NCBI GenBank assembly: GCA_029939545.1
Contig: JAOZSS010000003.1
Location: forward strand, 1-57,232
Source of the DNA: Kiritimatiellia bacterium
GTDB taxonomy: Bacteria; Verrucomicrobiota; Kiritimatiellia; UBA8416; JABMPJ01
DNA length: 57,232 bases
Direction: 5' to 3'
Position numbers and translations under genes: made by a program. The notes beneath the pieces were generated by a model, which searched no databases, was not told the origin of the DNA, and worked only from the letters and a program-made list of their open reading frames with translations. Within the stretch, counting starts at the first letter, position 1, and each line of letters begins with the position of its first letter. This document shows, piece after piece, positions 9,416-18,132 of the stretch.

Positions 9416-9562
9416 CGCAAGAGCACGTCTTCTGGCTTACGGTATCAAACCTTCCTCCCGCCTTCTTATCTCCACTCGGAGACAATGGCCTGCTAGGAGG
9501 TCGTAACCGATTACAGCGGCGCGACCGCGTCCGATTCTCACGGACTTCCGTCTACTCTTACG
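9416..9562 (-). promoter_or_regulatory. cobalamin (B12) riboswitch aptamer
   Basis: Minus-strand RNA GACGGAAGUCCGUGAGAAUCGGACGCGGUCGCGCCGCUGUAAUCGG matches the conserved core (compare E. coli btuB leader AGGGAAUCCAGUGCGAAUCUGGAGCUGACGCGCAGCGGUAAGG). GGCCAUUG...GAAGGCG internal element. B12 box AAGCCAGAAGACGUGC. 10-bp P1: CGUAAGAGUA / UGCUCUUGCG. Confidence 0.85.
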
Positions 9563-9598
9563 CTATCGACCGGGAAACTCCCCCGTCGATGTGGGTGA

Positions 9599-9626
9599 AT
9601 TTCACACAGTGACGGAAGGGAGTCAA
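9599..9626 (-). promoter_or_regulatory. putative sigma-70-type promoter for the riboswitch transcript
   Basis: Minus strand TTGACT - 16 nt - TGAAAT, placed about 30 nt upstream of the aptamer P1. Confidence 0.3.
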
Positions 9627-9680
9627 GGTGTATTGTGAATTCGGATGGATCGGCAGTGAGGGAGGACGGCTTCCGAGCTG

Positions 9681-10070
9681 TCAAGTATGCCCGAAGGGCA
9701 CCTCCTCGATTCGGCCCTTGACGGTGACCCATAGGGTGGTGACTTCGCAGTCGGGAAAGGCATCTTTGATGCGGTCGTAGGCCAGGCGCAGGTGGATGAA
9801 CTGTTCGCCCTTCTCAGAGGGATTCCCGGCGCAGTCTTCGTGACCGATGATCGCGATCGAGGTGGATCCGTGTTTGCCAACCGAGATTTCCACGCAGCGC
9901 ATGATCGCATCGATAGCCGTCAAGTCATCGCCCTTGGCCAGAATCAGGTTCGGCCCCGGCGCCGTGATGGTGTCGACATACTCCGCATGGAAACGTTTCT
10001 GCAGAAACTTGTTTACCGGTAGCTGCATCCGGCCGTCCATGCAGTTGATGACCGTACAAAATGAACCCAT
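9681..10070 (-). CDS. small beta-carbonic-anhydrase-like protein (CxDxR ... HxxC)
   Basis: 129 aa. CMDGRMQLP and IIGHEDCAGN resemble the beta-CA zinc-ligand signatures. The protein is much shorter than canonical beta-CA. Confidence 0.4.
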   Translation of the reverse strand: MGSFCTVINCMDGRMQLPVNKFLQKRFHAEYVDTITAPGPNLILAKGDDLTAIDAIMRCVEISVGKHGSTSIAIIGHEDCAGNPSEKGEQFIHLRLAYDRIKDAFPDCEVTTLWVTVKGRIEEVPFGHT

Positions 10071-10109
10071 AGCATTACCTCCACAATGGAAAGCTGAAAT
10101 CCGAAAACT

Positions 10110-13100
10110 TCATACCGACCACGTTTTCGAAGTCTCAATCAGTTCCATGATCTCGTCAAGCTTCTCGTCCACATCCTCCGCCCTCAGCCGTGGGAAGCGG
10201 GTGCCCTGCATCAGGTAGTCGTGGCGGCCGGTCAGCATGAGTTTGCCGTCGCGTGTCTCAACGCGGCGGATCCCGTGGTCGGCGGCGCGCATCCTGACCT
10301 GCCCGATAGACAGGAGACGCTGCGCTGCGGTGGGAAGCGGGCCGAAGCGGTCGACCCATTCTTCTTCCAGCCGGGCCAGGTCGCTGGCGTCGGATGCTTC
10401 GGCCAGTTGACGATAGACGCCTACGCGCAGCCCTTCGTCGCTGATGTAGCTGTAAGGGATGCCGACGGTCGAAGGCGATGGCTCGCCCACAGGGGAGAGA
10501 TCAAGGAAATCCAATGTCACGTCAACATCCACCAGGCGCGGGACCGGCTCGCCTTTCAGCCGGGCCACGGTGCGCTTCAGAAGCTGGCAGTAGAGGCCGA
10601 AACCAATCGCCGTGATGTGTCCGCTCTGCGCGGTGCCGAGCAGGTTGCCTGCCCCGCGGATCTCCAAGTCGCGCAGGGCAAGGTTGAACCCGGCGCTGAG
10701 CGAGGAATACTTGCGCAGGGCGCCGATACGCTTTCGTGCATCCGGGTCCACGTGGCCCTGTGGCGGGAGCAGCAGGATGGCGTAAGCCTTGCGGCTGGAG
10801 CGTCCGACGCGGCCGCGAAGCTGGTAGAGGTCGGCAATGCCAAACCGGTCGGCCCGGTCGATCAGGATCGTGTTGGCGCGGGGAATGTCCATCCCGCTTT
10901 CGATGATGGTGGTGCAGACGAGCACGTCGAACTCACCGTTGACGAAGCGCGACATCACGCCTGCCAGCTCACCGGGCGCCATCTGGCCATGTGCAATCTC
11001 AAAACGGGCTTCGGGTATCAGCTTGCGCAGCCGGTTGCAGATCGATTCGATGGTCATCACGCGGTTGTGAAGGTAGAAGACCTGTCCCTCGCGGTTGATC
11101 TCGCGCAGGATGGCCTGCCGCACGGTTGCTTCGCTATAGCGTATGGCGGTGGTATCGATCGCGAGGCGCTCCAGGGGTGGGGTCTGTAGCAGGCTCAGGT
11201 CGCGCGCCCCGGTCATACTCATGTAGAGCGTGCGGGGGATCGGCGTGGCGGTCAGGGTCAGTACATCTACCAATGTGCGGATCTGTTTGAACGCCTCCTT
11301 GTGGGCCACGCCGAAGCGTTGCTCTTCGTCGATAATGACGAGCCCCAGGTTCTCGAAGATGACGCCTTCCTGGAGCAGGGCGTGCGTGCCGATGACGATA
11401 TCGACTTTGCCCTCGGCCATGTGTTTCAGTGTGGCCGCCCGTTGGCCCTGGCTGCGGAACCGGCTGAGCATCTCGATCTGAATCGGATAGTCGGCCATGC
11501 GGGCGGCAAACGTCTCGAAGTGTTGCTGGGCCAGCACGGTGGTGGGCACGAGTACGGCCACCTGTCGTTGACCCATAACGGCCTTGAAGGCGGCTCGCAT
11601 GGCTACCTCGGTTTTGCCATACCCGGCATCGCCGCAGAGCAAGCGGTCCATCGGGCGGGTAGATGCCATGTCCTGTTTGACGGCCCCGATCACGTCATGC
11701 TGATCCTGTGTCTCGCGATAGGGAAAAGCAGCCTCGAACTCATGCTGCCATGCCGTGTCTCCGCCGAAGGCGTGGCCCCGTTTCAGATTCCGCCTGGCCT
11801 GGGTTTCGAGCATCGTGGCGGCCATGTCGGCAATGGCCGCTTCGGCGGCGGCGCGATCCCGCTCCCAGCGGCGGCCGCCCAGCTTGTGGAGCGGAGCGGA
11901 CGCGCGCGCGATGCCCACATAGCGGCTGAGCAGGTGCGCCTGTGATACGGGCACATGTAGCCGGGCGTTGTCCGCATATTCGACCGTGAGGACTTCCTGG
12001 TTTTGGCGATTGAAGGTGATCTGGCTGAGTCCTTCGTAGCGACCGATGCCGTGCTCGACATGGACCACCAGGTCGCCCGGCTCCAGGTCGACCATCTCGG
12101 CGATGCGCGCGGTTGGCCGGGGCCGCGGCTTGCCGGTGGCGGTGAGCGGGTCATAGCGGCGCCCTTGCTGCTTGTGGTACCCATAGAGGTCGGGTTGCGC
12201 CACCACAGTCACGCCGAGCGCCTCGCTGCGGAACCCTTCCGACAGTACGGCGGTTACCAGGTTCAGTTTGCGATGGCGGCTTGTCGCGTCGTAGCGGAGC
12301 GAAGACGGACGGCCGCTGCCAACGGTCTCTTTCAGTGTGGTTTGCAGGTGCTGAACCGCCGCCGCGGTATCGAGCGCAATGACTATGGTGTCGCCCTTGT
12401 CGGCGTCGGCCTGGAGTGCGGTCAACAGGCGGCGCCTGGCTTGGTCGAGGAGATCCGGCTGTAGGACCCCCTTGGCCTCGGGAAGCAGGTCGGGGAGGGG
12501 ACCGACATCGGTCAGAATTTGCTGGGAGACTATGCCCCCCTGCGACCTCGTGTCGCAGGAGGCCAAGATCTCTGTTTCCTGCGACACCAGGTCACAGGGG
12601 AGCCACTCGCCGATCCTGACCTGTAGCGTGTCTGGAAGAGCGTACAGTGTTTTCAGAAGCCGATCGGTCTGGTCAATATCGCCGCCCCGCCGCTGTTCCC
12701 TCGCGGCTTTTTCGAATAACTCGCCGTGATGATGCAGGGCATCGGGATCGGACCATGCGACCAGACTGTGTGGTGGAAGGTAGGCAAGGATGCTGCCGCG
12801 TTCCCCGTGGTCATGCCACTCACCCGCCGGGGGGACCGTAGCTTCGGTCAGTTTCTCCAGAGAGCGCTGCGTGCCAGGGTCAAAGGTCCGGATAGATTCA
12901 ACCGTATCGCCAAAGAACTCGATTCGGATCGGCCACGCATGACTTAGGGGCCAGACGTCGAGTAGTCCGCCCCGCATGGCGGCGTGCCCTTTTTCATCGA
13001 CCACATGTCCCAGGTCGTATCCGCCATCCGCCAGCGATTCAACCAGGAGGCCCGGGTCGATTTCCATCCCACAGGCGAGCTGGTGCGTGCGACGGCGAAG

Positions 13101-13526
13101 GTGATCGGGCGAGAGGGTCTTCGGGAGCAGGGCCTGGATGCAGGTGACAATGATGGGCGCATGCCCCGGCGCGCTGCGGTGGGCGTCCAGCGTGGCGAGA
13201 ACGGTGAGGCGGTGTCCGGCAATCTCGGCATCGGGTGGATCATCGGTGCTGGGAATCGTGCTCCATGGTGGCAGGTAGAGAACGGGGGCCGCCTTCGCCG
13301 GAGTGAAGCCGAGCAGATCCTGATGTATGGTGTCGAGCGCCTCCTGGCCATCACAGATCCAGATCAGCGGACGGTCGAAATGGGAGCGCAACGCCCAGAG
13401 AAGCGCGGCCTCGGCAGCGGCCGGCAGGGCGGGCGTGGTGAGGGATGTCAGATCAGCAGGAAGGTCTTGGAGAAGCGTCTCGATGCGACCGACGACTGTA
13501 CTCAGTGTCTTTTGTCGCGCGGCCAC
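10110..13526 (-). CDS. mfd: transcription-repair coupling factor
   Basis: 1138 aa. CarD-like segment (GDLVVHVEHGIGRYEGL), SF2 helicase motifs (CGDAGYGKTEVAMRAAF, DEEQRFGV), TRG/translocation region, C-terminal D7-like domain. Confidence 0.95.
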   Translation of the reverse strand: MAARQKTLSTVVGRIETLLQDLPADLTSLTTPALPAAAEAALLWALRSHFDRPLIWICDGQEALDTIHQDLLGFTPAKAAPVLYLPPWSTIPSTDDPPDAEIAGHRLTVLATLDAHRSAPGHAPIIVTCIQALLPKTLSPDHLRRRTHQLACGMEIDPGLLVESLADGGYDLGHVVDEKGHAAMRGGLLDVWPLSHAWPIRIEFFGDTVESIRTFDPGTQRSLEKLTEATVPPAGEWHDHGERGSILAYLPPHSLVAWSDPDALHHHGELFEKAAREQRRGGDIDQTDRLLKTLYALPDTLQVRIGEWLPCDLVSQETEILASCDTRSQGGIVSQQILTDVGPLPDLLPEAKGVLQPDLLDQARRRLLTALQADADKGDTIVIALDTAAAVQHLQTTLKETVGSGRPSSLRYDATSRHRKLNLVTAVLSEGFRSEALGVTVVAQPDLYGYHKQQGRRYDPLTATGKPRPRPTARIAEMVDLEPGDLVVHVEHGIGRYEGLSQITFNRQNQEVLTVEYADNARLHVPVSQAHLLSRYVGIARASAPLHKLGGRRWERDRAAAEAAIADMAATMLETQARRNLKRGHAFGGDTAWQHEFEAAFPYRETQDQHDVIGAVKQDMASTRPMDRLLCGDAGYGKTEVAMRAAFKAVMGQRQVAVLVPTTVLAQQHFETFAARMADYPIQIEMLSRFRSQGQRAATLKHMAEGKVDIVIGTHALLQEGVIFENLGLVIIDEEQRFGVAHKEAFKQIRTLVDVLTLTATPIPRTLYMSMTGARDLSLLQTPPLERLAIDTTAIRYSEATVRQAILREINREGQVFYLHNRVMTIESICNRLRKLIPEARFEIAHGQMAPGELAGVMSRFVNGEFDVLVCTTIIESGMDIPRANTILIDRADRFGIADLYQLRGRVGRSSRKAYAILLLPPQGHVDPDARKRIGALRKYSSLSAGFNLALRDLEIRGAGNLLGTAQSGHITAIGFGLYCQLLKRTVARLKGEPVPRLVDVDVTLDFLDLSPVGEPSPSTVGIPYSYISDEGLRVGVYRQLAEASDASDLARLEEEWVDRFGPLPTAAQRLLSIGQVRMRAADHGIRRVETRDGKLMLTGRHDYLMQGTRFPRLRAEDVDEKLDEIMELIETSKTWSV

Positions 13527-13574
13527 CTTGTCATCCCCCTTCTGACCTCGGATCTCAGACTTCCGACCTCCGGG

Positions 13575-15005
13575 CTAATACAGCTTCCGCATGTGCGATG
13601 GCGGAATCTTGAGAACGAGGCGGTACTTGGCGATGGTGCGGCGGGCAATCTTGATGCCTTGCTCCTCGAGCATCTTGAGGATTGTCTGATCGGAGAGGGG
13701 CTTGGCGGAGTCTTCTTCCGCCACCATCGTGGCAATCATGTCTTTGACGGTCTTGTTGGAGACCTGGCTGCCATCGGCCGTTTTGATGCCAGGTGTGAAG
13801 AAGTACTTCATCTCGAAAATGCCGCGCGGTGTACGCATGTACTTGCCGTTGACGGCGCGGCTGACGGTGGTTTCGTGAACGCCGACCGCAGTGGCAATTT
13901 CCGCCATCGTCAGAGGCCTCAGATGCGAGACGCCCTGGTCGAGGAACGCGACCTGCCGATCCACGATCTCGGACGCGATACGGAAGATGGTCTTCTGGCG
14001 CTGGTGAATACTCTTGATCAGGAACGCCCCGGCGCGGATCCGGTCACGTACGTACTCCTTCACCTCGTCACTCGAGTCAGCGGCTTTGAGCAGGCGGCGA
14101 TAGTGGCGGCTGATCCGGATGTGGGGGAGCTGATCGTCATCCATGATCACGATATACTTGCCCTCCACCTTCTGGACGACGATCTCGGCGATGACATAGG
14201 TGGTCACTTCTTCCGAGTAGATGCGCCCGGGCTTGGGATCGAGCGTGGCGAGGAAGGCCGTGGCTTCCTGGAGCTCTTCCTGGGTGAGCTTGAGTTGCTT
14301 GGCCAGATCGGTGAGGCGCCTCGCACCGAGCTTGTCGAGGTGCTTGTCCACGAGGGTTTCGACCAGTGTGTCGTGTTTGCCGAGGCGCGTAAGCTGGAGC
14401 ATCAGGCATTCGCGCAGGTCGCGTGCGCCGACCCCGGTGGGGTGGAAGTCTTGGATCAGGTTGAGGATATCTTCTAGGCGGTGGAGGTCGACATTGGAGG
14501 TGGCCGCTAGATCGTCGAGCGTCCCGGTCAGGTAGCCATCGTCGTCGATGCTGCCGATGATCATTTCGCCGAGGCGCAGAGCGTCGTCCTCCAGCTCGGT
14601 GAATTGGAGCTGTTCGAGGAGGTGTTCCTGCAGACTTTGCTGTTGGGGAAGGGAGTTGAGCAGAAACTGGCGGCGCTCGTCATCGTCGGAGGTGTAGGGC
14701 TGGCTCTCCTGGTTCTGGAAGAAGTACTCACGCCACTCTTCGTCCAGGTGAGCGAGGGCTTCGAACTCCTTGTCGAAGTCCATGGCTTCGGCCTTCTCGG
14801 TCTCGCCGTCGCCGGGTTCGATCTCGATCGGCTCGTTATCGATCGGCTGCTCTTCGATCGTGGGGTTTTGCTCAATCTCCTGCTGAATCATGGTGCGCAG
14901 GTCCATAATCGGGAGCTGGAGCATCTCCAGGGATTGACGCAGCTGGGGCGCCAGCACCATCTGAAGGCGCTGTTGCTGCGATAAAGCTAGCGTTTGGCTT
15001 GGCAT
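13575..15005 (-). CDS. rpoN: RNA polymerase sigma-54 factor
   Basis: 476 aa. N-terminal LxxQQxLxMxPQLxQSLxxLQLP region I, HTH, and RpoN box ARRTIAKYR near the C-terminus. Confidence 0.95.
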   Translation of the reverse strand: MPSQTLALSQQQRLQMVLAPQLRQSLEMLQLPIMDLRTMIQQEIEQNPTIEEQPIDNEPIEIEPGDGETEKAEAMDFDKEFEALAHLDEEWREYFFQNQESQPYTSDDDERRQFLLNSLPQQQSLQEHLLEQLQFTELEDDALRLGEMIIGSIDDDGYLTGTLDDLAATSNVDLHRLEDILNLIQDFHPTGVGARDLRECLMLQLTRLGKHDTLVETLVDKHLDKLGARRLTDLAKQLKLTQEELQEATAFLATLDPKPGRIYSEEVTTYVIAEIVVQKVEGKYIVIMDDDQLPHIRISRHYRRLLKAADSSDEVKEYVRDRIRAGAFLIKSIHQRQKTIFRIASEIVDRQVAFLDQGVSHLRPLTMAEIATAVGVHETTVSRAVNGKYMRTPRGIFEMKYFFTPGIKTADGSQVSNKTVKDMIATMVAEEDSAKPLSDQTILKMLEEQGIKIARRTIAKYRLVLKIPPSHMRKLY

Positions 15006-15080
15006 TGCTCTCTCCCTTAGAGATAATACGAGACTATATAGGGCTGGGTTGGCATCACAAGGAAATTGCGGGGCCGCTCC

Positions 15081-15233
15081 GGAGCAGGGGTGCCCTCTGG
15101 GCTGGAGATGCGCTCCGAGGTGAGGAGGCCTTCCTTGGCTGGAGTATGCGTCGCTTCGCTCGCATAATAGGCATGCGGAAGACCTCCCCTCCTCTCCGCT
15201 TGAGGTAGGGGGCCTCAGAGAGCACCCCTGCTC
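15081..15233. repeat. 19-nt inverted repeat pair bracketing about 115 nt in the rpoN/MBL divergent intergenic region
   Basis: GGAGCAGGGGTGCCCTCTG (15081-15099) versus the reverse complement of CAGAGAGCACCCCTGCTCC (15215-15233); 1 mismatch. Confidence 0.6.
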
Positions 15234-15300
15234 CTCCGCTGAGGGCAGGATGGATCAGGGATGGCAACGAGGGCGCGGATTACATCTGGAAGTGAGTGAT

Positions 15301-16086
15301 ATGGCGTTGCAGGTTTGTGTTTTAGCTAGTGGGAGTAAGGGAAATTGTACCGTCATGGCGACGGAGTCGACCCGTATCCTGATTGATGCCGGGCTGAGCG
15401 GGAAGGAGACGGACCGTCGGCTGCGTGATGCGGGGTGGGAGCTGGACCAGATTGATGCCATCTGTGTGAGTCACGAGCATGACGATCACAAGGCGGCACT
15501 TGGCATCCTGCAGCGGCGCCTGGGCGTGCCGCTCTATTCAAACGCGGGAACCATCGAGGCACTGGAGCACAGCCCGAAATACAGCGGTCTTGACTGGCAT
15601 GTCTTCACCAACGGCTCGCCTTTCCCGGTCGGCGATTTTGTAGTGGAGCCCTTTTCTGTGCCGCACGACTCCTATGACCCCGTTGGATTCATTCTCGTGG
15701 CGGAAGGTGTTCGGGTCGGGATTGTCACGGATATGGGCACGCCCACCGAGCTGATTCGGCAGCGGCTGAAGGGGTGTCACGCGATTGTCCTCGAAGCGAA
15801 TCATGACGAGGAAATGCTGCGTGATGCCGCCCGCCCGTGGTCGCTCAAGCAGCGTATTGCAGGTCGCCAGGGCCATCTCTCCAACAAGCAGGCGGGCGAG
15901 CTGCTGGCCGAGGTGGCCGGGGACGCGCTCGATATCGTCTTCCTCGCTCACCTCAGCGCCGACTGCAACAAGCCGGACATCGCCGAACAGACCGTCCGTG
16001 AGGCCCTCGACCACGTCGGCCACGCCCACGTTAGAATCCGCCACACCTATTCCGACCGCATCAGTGAAGTCGTGGCGCTGGGGTGA
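15301..16086 (+). CDS. MBL-fold metallo-hydrolase
   Basis: HxHxDH motif (VSHEHDDH) and further His/Asp ligands. Start moved to MALQVCVLASGSKGN, the typical N-terminus of this family. Confidence 0.8.
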   Translation: MALQVCVLASGSKGNCTVMATESTRILIDAGLSGKETDRRLRDAGWELDQIDAICVSHEHDDHKAALGILQRRLGVPLYSNAGTIEALEHSPKYSGLDWHVFTNGSPFPVGDFVVEPFSVPHDSYDPVGFILVAEGVRVGIVTDMGTPTELIRQRLKGCHAIVLEANHDEEMLRDAARPWSLKQRIAGRQGHLSNKQAGELLAEVAGDALDIVFLAHLSADCNKPDIAEQTVREALDHVGHAHVRIRHTYSDRISEVVALG

Positions 16087-16147
16087 GACCCCGTTGCTCA
16101 AGAATCAAGGCTTTGAGTCGGCAGGGCATAGTGGTAATGTTAGACTT

Positions 16148-16312
16148 ATGAAACGCGCGTTACGAAAACCAACAGCCCGAATCGCAGATGTTGGACAGAT
16201 TGCAGAGATGCTGCGTCTGACGCCAACTCAGCGCCTCCGAAAAGCTTGGCGTTATGGGCGATTAGCCAAGGAGATGCAACGTGCCGGCGGATTACGGACA
16301 GGTCATTCGTAG
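16148..16312 (+). CDS. small basic ORF (54 aa), possible antitoxin-like partner of the following gene
   Basis: ATG at 16148 (MKRALRKPTARIADVGQIAEMLRLTPTQRL...). Overlaps the next ORF start by 32 nt. No family recognised. Confidence 0.25.
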   Translation: MKRALRKPTARIADVGQIAEMLRLTPTQRLRKAWRYGRLAKEMQRAGGLRTGHS

Positions 16313-16772
16313 CTTACGAAAGCACGAAGTCGAATTTATCATTCTCGATGCCAGTGCGGCGATTGCACAAGGGGCTCCCATTGGTACGATTGACTTGGAT
16401 CTAGGCTATCGACGCACACGCGTCAACATCGAGCGTTTGGTTGTCGCGTTGAAGCCCTTCCATCCACGGCTCCGTGGCGTCGATGAATCTGTTCCTTTCA
16501 CGTTCAGTGTCGCGGGCCTTCGCAAGGGATGCAATTTCACATTCGTCACCGATGTCGGGGATCTTGATATCCTTGGTCACATCACAGGACTGGGCGACTA
16601 CGATGCGATGATATCCAACGCCGTGACGCTACGAATGTTCGGGTGTTCTGTCCTTGTTATGGACCTCGAAGACGTTATCCAGTCCAAGAGAGCCGCAGGC
16701 CGTGCCAAAGACAAGGCGGTTCTTCCTGTTCTTGAGCAAACGCTGAAGTTTCGCCGATCATCTTCCGCGTAG
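16281..16772 (+). CDS. nucleotidyltransferase-fold protein (DUF2204/DUF6036-like)
   Basis: 163 aa. Pattern EFIILDASAAIAQGAPIGTIDLDL ... KRAAGRAKDKAVL resembles small NTase-fold proteins that often sit in TA-like pairs. Call by resemblance only. Confidence 0.45.
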   Translation: MPADYGQVIRSLRKHEVEFIILDASAAIAQGAPIGTIDLDLGYRRTRVNIERLVVALKPFHPRLRGVDESVPFTFSVAGLRKGCNFTFVTDVGDLDILGHITGLGDYDAMISNAVTLRMFGCSVLVMDLEDVIQSKRAAGRAKDKAVLPVLEQTLKFRRSSSA

Positions 16773-16774
16773 CG

Positions 16775-17155
16775 CTATCTGGTTTTCAGTTCAGCCACGA
16801 GCGTTTTGAGCACGTTGAGATGGCAGGATAGACCATCGAAGACAGCGAGAGCACTTTTCGCATTGTAGGTATGCGACATACGGTTGCGGGCAGACAACAT
16901 GTCGAGCCAGGCATCCTCGTTGTCTATCCAGCCATTGGAGAAGGCTTGCTTGAGTGCGGCCTTTGGGGAGTTACACTCGTTCTGCCCTTCGTCCTCGGCA
17001 TAGCGTTTGATGGTTTTCCACGCGAGTTCGAAGCAGAACTCGAAGTACTGTATACACCCTGCTTTGATGACATCGTTATCTGCATCCATGGCAAGGGCGC
17101 ACTCGAGCTGCCCGACGGCCCTGTCCAAGTCTTTCAGTAGTCTCTGACTATCCAT
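16775..17155 (-). CDS. hepT: HI0074-family nucleotidyltransferase substrate-binding protein (HEPN, HepT-like toxin)
   Basis: 126 aa. FEFCFELAWKTIKRY ... RNRMSHTY (Rx4-6H HEPN motif). Confidence 0.8.
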   Translation of the reverse strand: MDSQRLLKDLDRAVGQLECALAMDADNDVIKAGCIQYFEFCFELAWKTIKRYAEDEGQNECNSPKAALKQAFSNGWIDNEDAWLDMLSARNRMSHTYNAKSALAVFDGLSCHLNVLKTLVAELKTR

Positions 17156-17450
17156 AAAGCACTTTGGCGTTCTTCAGTGCTTCCTGCCGGAAGCTTGCAG
17201 TGGTCTCGTGCAGATCAACCCAGTCGATACGGTATAGGGTACGTATCTGGTCGAGCAGATCCGAAATCCGGTAGAAGGTTTTCAGCGGCAGCCGTTGGGT
17301 TCCACAGACGCCGATATCGAAGTCGGATCGCTCTCTCGCCGTTCCCGTTGCACGGGAGCCGAAAAGATACACGGTATATCCGGCCAGCTCACCCTTTACC
17401 TGGTCAAGTTGGTCGCGAATCTCCCTTAAGATGTCCCGCTCCCGTCCCAT
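17148..17450 (-). CDS. mntA: minimal nucleotidyltransferase (MntA-like antitoxin)
   Basis: GS-x10-DxD: LFGSRATGTARERSDFDIGV. Overlaps hepT by 8 nt. Start taken at MGRERDIL. Confidence 0.8.
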   Translation of the reverse strand: MGRERDILREIRDQLDQVKGELAGYTVYLFGSRATGTARERSDFDIGVCGTQRLPLKTFYRISDLLDQIRTLYRIDWVDLHETTASFRQEALKNAKVLYG

Positions 17451-18132
17451 GCGATCTACTGTGGCTCTTGGAGGCAACGATTGCAAGCACAACCGATACC
17501 CGTCAGAGGTACGTGTCCTGCACCCTTATCGTGCAATGAAGGCTGAGGGTTGCAGCCTGGCGCGAGAATCGCCGGAATTCGGAAATCTGTCCTGGCAAAA
17601 GCTCAATTGCACGGGTACCCGTCCGGTGATAGGCTGCAAGCATACTTGAGGAGGGGAAGACCGGTTACACCCACCCCCTGGGATTTATGAAGAAGTGAAT
17701 TCTGAGGGAGGTGAAGCGGACGTGACGTCTTCGGTCTCCCCGTCCACACGCCTCCCGCCAAACGCGTTTCGAGTCTTCGATACCCGGCGTTTCACACCGG
17801 GCTATGACGGTCGACCCCTTTGGGGTCGTGATACACCACTGGTTCCAAGGAGCACTGCTGACTGTGGGGCTTTCCACATGTCGCTGCCTTCTGACCGCAA
17901 TCCCATGTCCGTAAACTGACCTTTGCGGACTCCTGATGGCAGATATCGCTGGCACGTATCTGCTGTGCTGCAGCAGACGACGAACGCGTATCTCCGTATC
18001 AGAACTGGCTCCACGGTCGTGACGTCGGAACCGTTTGAGGAAGATACAGAATTCTCTCTCCAAATGGCAGTGCGGTGTGGTATATCGGCAATGCGAAAGG
18101 TGTTCTATGGGAGACGGGGAAGAGCAGGGTTT

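Noticed and set aside
9237-9680. RNase P RNA or tmRNA in the large non-coding gap. The minus strand contains GGAAGUCCG, resembling RNase P CR-I.
   Set aside because: No ACAGAACCCGGCUUA-type CR-V partner at the right distance. No tRNA-like end or tag ORF for tmRNA. The same nucleotides fit the cobalamin riboswitch core, B12 box and P1 much better.
15049-15069. Sigma-54 promoter (TTGGCAT...TTGC) upstream of rpoN/MBL
   Set aside because: The spacing between the GG and GC elements is about 10 nt instead of the required 4-5 nt after TGGCAC.
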